Below are positions 59,858 through 64,000 of a stretch of 64,000 bases of DNA, one piece after another. Positions within the stretch are counted from its first letter, which is position 1. Each line of letters opens with the position of its first letter. Source of the stretch: Candidatus Bathyarchaeota archaeon (GTDB lineage Archaea; Thermoproteota; Bathyarchaeia; 40CM-2-53-6). Where the stretch lies: the NCBI GenBank assembly GCA_963733055.1, contig CAVTBR010000001.1, forward strand, positions 1,508,809 to 1,572,808. Direction: 5' to 3'. The position numbers and the translations under genes were made by a program. Below the pieces are notes generated by a model. That model was not told the DNA's origin. It did no database searches and worked only from the letters and a program-made list of their open reading frames with translations.

Positions 59858-59906
59858 CAAAACCTAGCTACCCAAAGGTTGGGAATTTTCCGACAACCTA
59901 ACTGAA

Positions 59907-59923
59907 TAGGCTGTTGAAAAATT
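59907..59923 (+). repeat. Second transposon-end-like sequence
   Basis: TAGGCTGTTGAAAAATT matches the left TIR at 15/17 and overlaps the right TSD by 2 bp. Confidence 0.7.
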
Positions 59924-60262
59924 GACCTTTCAGCCTTATCCAATCATCGAGCAAACTTCGACTAACGAGACAGTCCTTATCAATTTTCAACGTGTCGATC
60001 CTACTGAGACGCTTACTCATACTCGTATTCTCCGTACTCGTCCTCATCTGACTCGTCGTCTTCCTCTTCATCGTCGTCCTGCTCATCGAATTCTTCGATT
60101 CGTCAAATCCACTGGCATATCATTCTGAGGATACGCGTAAAGTGAAAGTGTAGCCTCCGTGTAAATAGAATCTTAGACTAAGTTTTGATGGCCTTTGTTC
60201 AACAATCCAGAAATTGAATTGTCCTTCCGTCGTTCCGTGTGTGCGCACCAGGCTACCACACA

Positions 60263-60460
60263 TTACCATCGATCGTAATGAGTACACTGCACTACCGGTA
60301 ATCGTCTTGTTCTAACGAATGGCTCGGCAGCATACCCCAAGTAAATGATCGCTACTGGTTCAACATGTTTGGGAATTCCTAGAATTGACTCGACCTTGCC
60401 TTTGGAGACAAATGACCACATGCTGAGCCGAGTGGCCAATCCTAGCCCTCTCGCAGCCAA
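60263..60460 (-). pseudogene. Nitroreductase C-terminal fragment
   Basis: LAARGLGLAT...LGIP....PVAIIYLGY.AE...R.RLP; N-terminal half not seen. Confidence 0.65.
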
Positions 60461-60579
60461 GAATAGCTACGGCGGACAAGATTGAGAACATCGAACGATT
60501 CCTTAAGGTCGAGATCTTCTCTCGTCTCCTCTAGAAGGAGTTAGGAAGCAAGCAGTCGTATCAAAGCCGAAAAAGCAGA

Positions 60580-61005
60580 CTATTGTCGACTAGACTTTCG
60601 GCGTCCAAACGCAACAGCTGCTAAAACGACGCTGACTAATCCGATCAATGCTAGGTAAGGTGACAGTATGGCTAACTTGTTTGATACGATGCGTCTCATG
60701 CTTTCTTTAGAGGTAACTTCATGACGTGGAGTTCTGTCTTGGAGTCTCGGTAACACGGCATGCAATATGTCATCCCAATTCTCTAACCTTGCCATGTCTG
60801 CAACTGCGCGAACTTCTGTGAGGTTGACGTCGCGTCCAATATAGCGGGGGAGCACCCATTCTTTCCCTCCATCCACTCTCTCCATAACCAAGTACGATTG
60901 GCGACTCGTAAATGTTTCTGAAGGCGGCGAAAAATGTAGTCCGTGCAGAGTTGCGGTTGCATATCTCCATGAACACTCGTTAAATCTCTTGATGATACCT
61001 TCCAT
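60580..61005 (-). CDS. Hypothetical protein with C-terminal TM anchor
   Basis: LSPYLALIGLVSVVLAAVAF followed by a basic tail. Confidence 0.45.
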   Translation of the reverse strand: MEGIIKRFNECSWRYATATLHGLHFSPPSETFTSRQSYLVMERVDGGKEWVLPRYIGRDVNLTEVRAVADMARLENWDDILHAVLPRLQDRTPRHEVTSKESMRRIVSNKLAILSPYLALIGLVSVVLAAVAFGRRKSSRQ

Positions 61006-61147
61006 GTTTTCGTCGAATCTGTTGGCCCACGGTAATTGTAGGTGGAAGTGTGTGTGTGCGCACCACTAATACCGGCGACGATCCGTATTCTCCGCGCTGG
61101 TGTGCCATGGGCTATTAAGTAGATAACGATAATTCAGAACGCAAGAG

Positions 61148-61387
61148 CTAGGTCAAGTCGTTAAGCCCTTTCCTACATTCACCCACAGCTGTCTTTGGAT
61201 TGTCAACGATCTTGTAACAAAACGTGTATTGTCCATGTTTTCCTAGATCGTTATGGCTATGTTCAACTTCGATCAGCCATGCGTTTTCGATCTTCTTGCT
61301 TAACGGATGGGGATGTGGAATAATGGCGTGAGTGCACTCATGACCCATTCTCAAAAGCGCATAGAAGAGGGCATCGTCTTTCTCCAA
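61148..61387 (-). CDS. Small hypothetical protein
   Basis: 79-aa ORF; no motif recognised. Confidence 0.35.
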   Translation of the reverse strand: MEKDDALFYALLRMGHECTHAIIPHPHPLSKKIENAWLIEVEHSHNDLGKHGQYTFCYKIVDNPKTAVGECRKGLNDLT

Positions 61388-61748
61388 AGGAGACCACTAT
61401 TACGAGTGCTTGCTATATCTAATGATGCAGGACTCACTTGCGGAAGAAGTCAATCGGTCTTGGAATTTCCAGAAACCGGTCGCAATCCGGGCAGATGTAA
61501 TGTTCCGAATACGCGTCACTAGAATAGAAAATCATTTTTCGACCGCAGCCTGGACACCCAGGAACAACTCTCTCCATTCTTACATGCGCCCACCAGCTAC
61601 TTGCGGTTCCCGAGAGATGGACCTTTTGCTTGACTATCTCGTATGCGTGGCCTACGATCAACGTAACAGATTCAGCACTCCGAACCGCACGTTCGAGGAG
61701 AAGCGGATCGAAAATCAAATTCAATGCTTGGTATGGTTTGATTGATGA

Positions 61749-62507
61749 TTGTTGTGGCGGTTTGATGTTGGGGGTCGCTTTAATACTCATGGCGTCGTAT
61801 TGATTGAGAGTCGAAATATCTTAACTGCGCTGAGGAACCTAACAGGGATACGTGGTCTCGACAAGGACTTCATCTACCTACTTCAGATCGCAAAGAAACA
61901 TAATCTAAAGCCCAATCTTCTTCGCGCCTCGATTCTAGTTGCTCGAAACCGCGGTAACTCTCGGTGTGGAAAGGTTTCTATTCAAACGCGTCGACACGGT
62001 GAAGCTTCTTCAACGTACATGTTCTCGGCTGAGGGCGAGTGGTGGGCGCAAGCGGACATCCCTAATGTTTCGGTTGAAATGTTGAGGAATCCGCCGGAAC
62101 GATTTTCACGCTACATTGATGTCATTCAAGAACGCGAACCAAGCAAACTTGACGCGAAGGGCGAGAGAAGCATTAGAGATCTGAGGCTAGGTTGGAAGAA
62201 TGTATGTTTCAAGGCGGTTGTGGTCAAGAAATCAGAAGCGAGAGCTGTTACCTCAAGGGATGGAGTCCCTCTCTTGGTCTGTTCCGTTACGCTCTCCGAC
62301 GGTACCGGAGAAATACCTCTCTCTATATGGAACAATCAGATAGCAACAATCTCTAAGGGCGACCGAGTCGAGGTTCACGATGCCATAGTTAGAAGTTTCA
62401 GAGGCCAAATCCAACTCTCACTTAGGAAGACAGGCAGACTTACCGTCCTCGAAGGGGCGAAGAAACCTCCAATCACAGGAATCCTCTCCCACCTCATTGC
62501 CACCTAG
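61749..62507 (+). CDS. Protein with C-terminal OB-fold (SSB/RPA-like)
   Basis: IRDL..G.KNV...A.V, LSDGTGEI.LSIWN.Q...I.KGD.V.V; start uncertain. Confidence 0.8.
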   Translation: MLWRFDVGGRFNTHGVVLIESRNILTALRNLTGIRGLDKDFIYLLQIAKKHNLKPNLLRASILVARNRGNSRCGKVSIQTRRHGEASSTYMFSAEGEWWAQADIPNVSVEMLRNPPERFSRYIDVIQEREPSKLDAKGERSIRDLRLGWKNVCFKAVVVKKSEARAVTSRDGVPLLVCSVTLSDGTGEIPLSIWNNQIATISKGDRVEVHDAIVRSFRGQIQLSLRKTGRLTVLEGAKKPPITGILSHLIAT

Positions 62508-62560
62508 TTTTCATGCGGAAGTTCGATGGCTCCACATTTCAGGATAAAGCATAGTGTGGG

Positions 62561-63529
62561 TTGATGAAAAAAATGAGTGCGAGTACGACAACCAGAAAGA
62601 TAGGGAAAGTCAGGAACTGTCCCGAGTGCGGTAGCGCAAACCTCGTTGAAGATTATGATCTAGGGGAGATGATTTGCCATGATTGTGGCCTTGTTCTGAG
62701 CGAACACGCGTTGAACCAAGGACCTGAGTGGCGTGCCTTCACAAAGGAGGAAAAAGATGAACGTGGTCGAGTTGGCTTGCCGACGACCTTCTCCATTCAC
62801 GACAAAGGTCTCTCCACTGTAATTGATAGTGTGAATCGTGATGCTTCCGGTCGCCAACTTCCACTTGCCACAAGGTTAGAGATGCTCCGCTTAAGGAAAT
62901 GGCAGATCAGGACCAGGGTCCATTCGTCAGCTGAACGGAATTTGGCTCAAGCTATGGCTGAACTTGACCGACTCACGGATATGCTTCACATTCCAGCCTC
63001 AATCAAAGAACGTGCTGCAATGGTTTATCGTAAGACTCTGGACAAAGCGCTCGTGCGAGGACGACCTATAGCCACAATGACCGCAGCCTCGTTGTATGCC
63101 GCTTGCAGAATGTCTGAAACTCCAAGGACTCTGAAAGATGTCTCGGCTGCAAGCAGGATTCGTAAAAAAGATGTGGCAAGATGCTACAGATTGCTTGTAA
63201 GAGAGCTCGACTTGCGCATGCCTGTTCTGGACCCTGTGAAGTGCATCTCGAAGATCGCTACGAAAGTGGAAATCTCTATGCTAACTCAACACAGAGCAAT
63301 ACGAATCATCAACGAAGCGAAGAAGAAAGGAATAGTCACGGGCAAAGATCCGATGGGGCTTGCAGCTGCCTCGCTATACGTTGCATGCGTCTTGGAAGGA
63401 GAAAAGAAGACACAGAAGGAAATCGCTGAAGTTGCGGACGTAACCGAGGTCACTGTTCGAAACAGATACAAGGGGCTTAGGGAAGCACTGAACATTCTTT
63501 TTACTGACACGGTCAGACAGGTCCCATGA
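62561..63529 (+). CDS. tfb: Transcription initiation factor IIB
   Basis: CPECG...CHDCG ribbon, GPEWRAF, RLRKW, ERNL, GKDP.G.AAA.LY, VTEVTVRNRYK. Confidence 0.96.
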   Translation: MMKKMSASTTTRKIGKVRNCPECGSANLVEDYDLGEMICHDCGLVLSEHALNQGPEWRAFTKEEKDERGRVGLPTTFSIHDKGLSTVIDSVNRDASGRQLPLATRLEMLRLRKWQIRTRVHSSAERNLAQAMAELDRLTDMLHIPASIKERAAMVYRKTLDKALVRGRPIATMTAASLYAACRMSETPRTLKDVSAASRIRKKDVARCYRLLVRELDLRMPVLDPVKCISKIATKVEISMLTQHRAIRIINEAKKKGIVTGKDPMGLAAASLYVACVLEGEKKTQKEIAEVADVTEVTVRNRYKGLREALNILFTDTVRQVP

Positions 63530-64000
63530 GCCCCCACCAGCCAGTCCGCATCCATCACGTCCAACACGGCTTTTTTCCTCTAATGAAAGGTAACTAATCA
63601 GGAAACGGTGTGACGTGGAACATTATTCTGCTAACTGATGTACTATTTCCTGTTACTGAGAAGATAGGCGATTTCCTCTTCTAACTAAGATTGCTAACGA
63701 AACTTGTCTTTCTATCCTTATATGGAACCAAGGCCGGAATACACAAAGTTAGTTGTCGAGAACGAGAGACACGAGTCATTCACAACGATTGCCCGCATGT
63801 TCTTCTTCTTGCTGCAACTGATCGAAGTCGCCGACGTCTGAGGAACGAACCGAAGTCTCGTTTCCGCAATGAGACAAAGACGGAACCAGTCCTCGGCCTT
63901 CATCTCAGACCTGCGACGTGATTGGAAGATAAGGAGAAAAAAATCAATGAGTACTTTCGAGAAACTGAGCTCTTATTCTGAGAGAATGAGAGAATGAGTA

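Larger units (their letters stand above)
43451..59900 (+). mobile_element. 16.45-kb cargo-carrying DDE transposon
   Basis: TIRs TAGGCTGTCGGAAAATT (43451-43467) and AATTTTCCGACAACCTA (59884-59900), 16/17 match; TSD ACTGAATA at 43443-43450 and 59901-59908; transposase near the left end. Confidence 0.9.

Noticed and set aside
43451-59900. Casposon or Tn7/CAST identity for the large element
   Set aside because: No Cas1, PolB, TnsC or TniQ recognisable; the only mobility enzyme is an IS4-superfamily DDE transposase

Overview
Archaeal genomic DNA, probably a TACK lineage such as Bathyarchaeia (inferred from the 16S-23S operon with no spacer tRNA or linked 5S, tRNAs with two introns, TFB and the gene content). 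Housekeeping content: RNase P RNA, hutU/hutI, the rRNA operon, a branched-chain amino-acid ABC transporter, a four-subunit 2-oxoacid:ferredoxin oxidoreductase operon, two VapBC pairs and TFB. The rRNA operon holds a 50-nt bulge-helix-bulge (BHB) intron in 16S and a 307-nt group I intron in 23S. Two mobile elements can be delimited from sequence alone. (1) A 6.6-kb tyrosine-integrase element in tRNA-Ile (18-bp att repeat) whose whole cargo lies between 91-bp inverted promoter/leader repeats. (2) A 16.45-kb transposon (43451-59900) with 17-bp terminal inverted repeats (TIRs), an 8-bp target-site duplication (TSD) and 23-bp-periodic subterminal boxes at both ends. It sits 14 bp downstream of tRNA-Ala and abuts a second end-like sequence. 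It carries one IS5/IS1182-like DDE transposase, a candidate ~310-nt pseudoknotted ncRNA just inside the left end, and defence-like cargo: MvaI-like R-M, NurA-HerA-DruA, ART/NDT-HTH/ImmA, a thymidylate-synthase-like protein lacking the catalytic Cys, ASCH and solo Cas4. Element (2) is the best candidate for an undescribed system. All family assignments come from motif recognition by eye; no searches were run.
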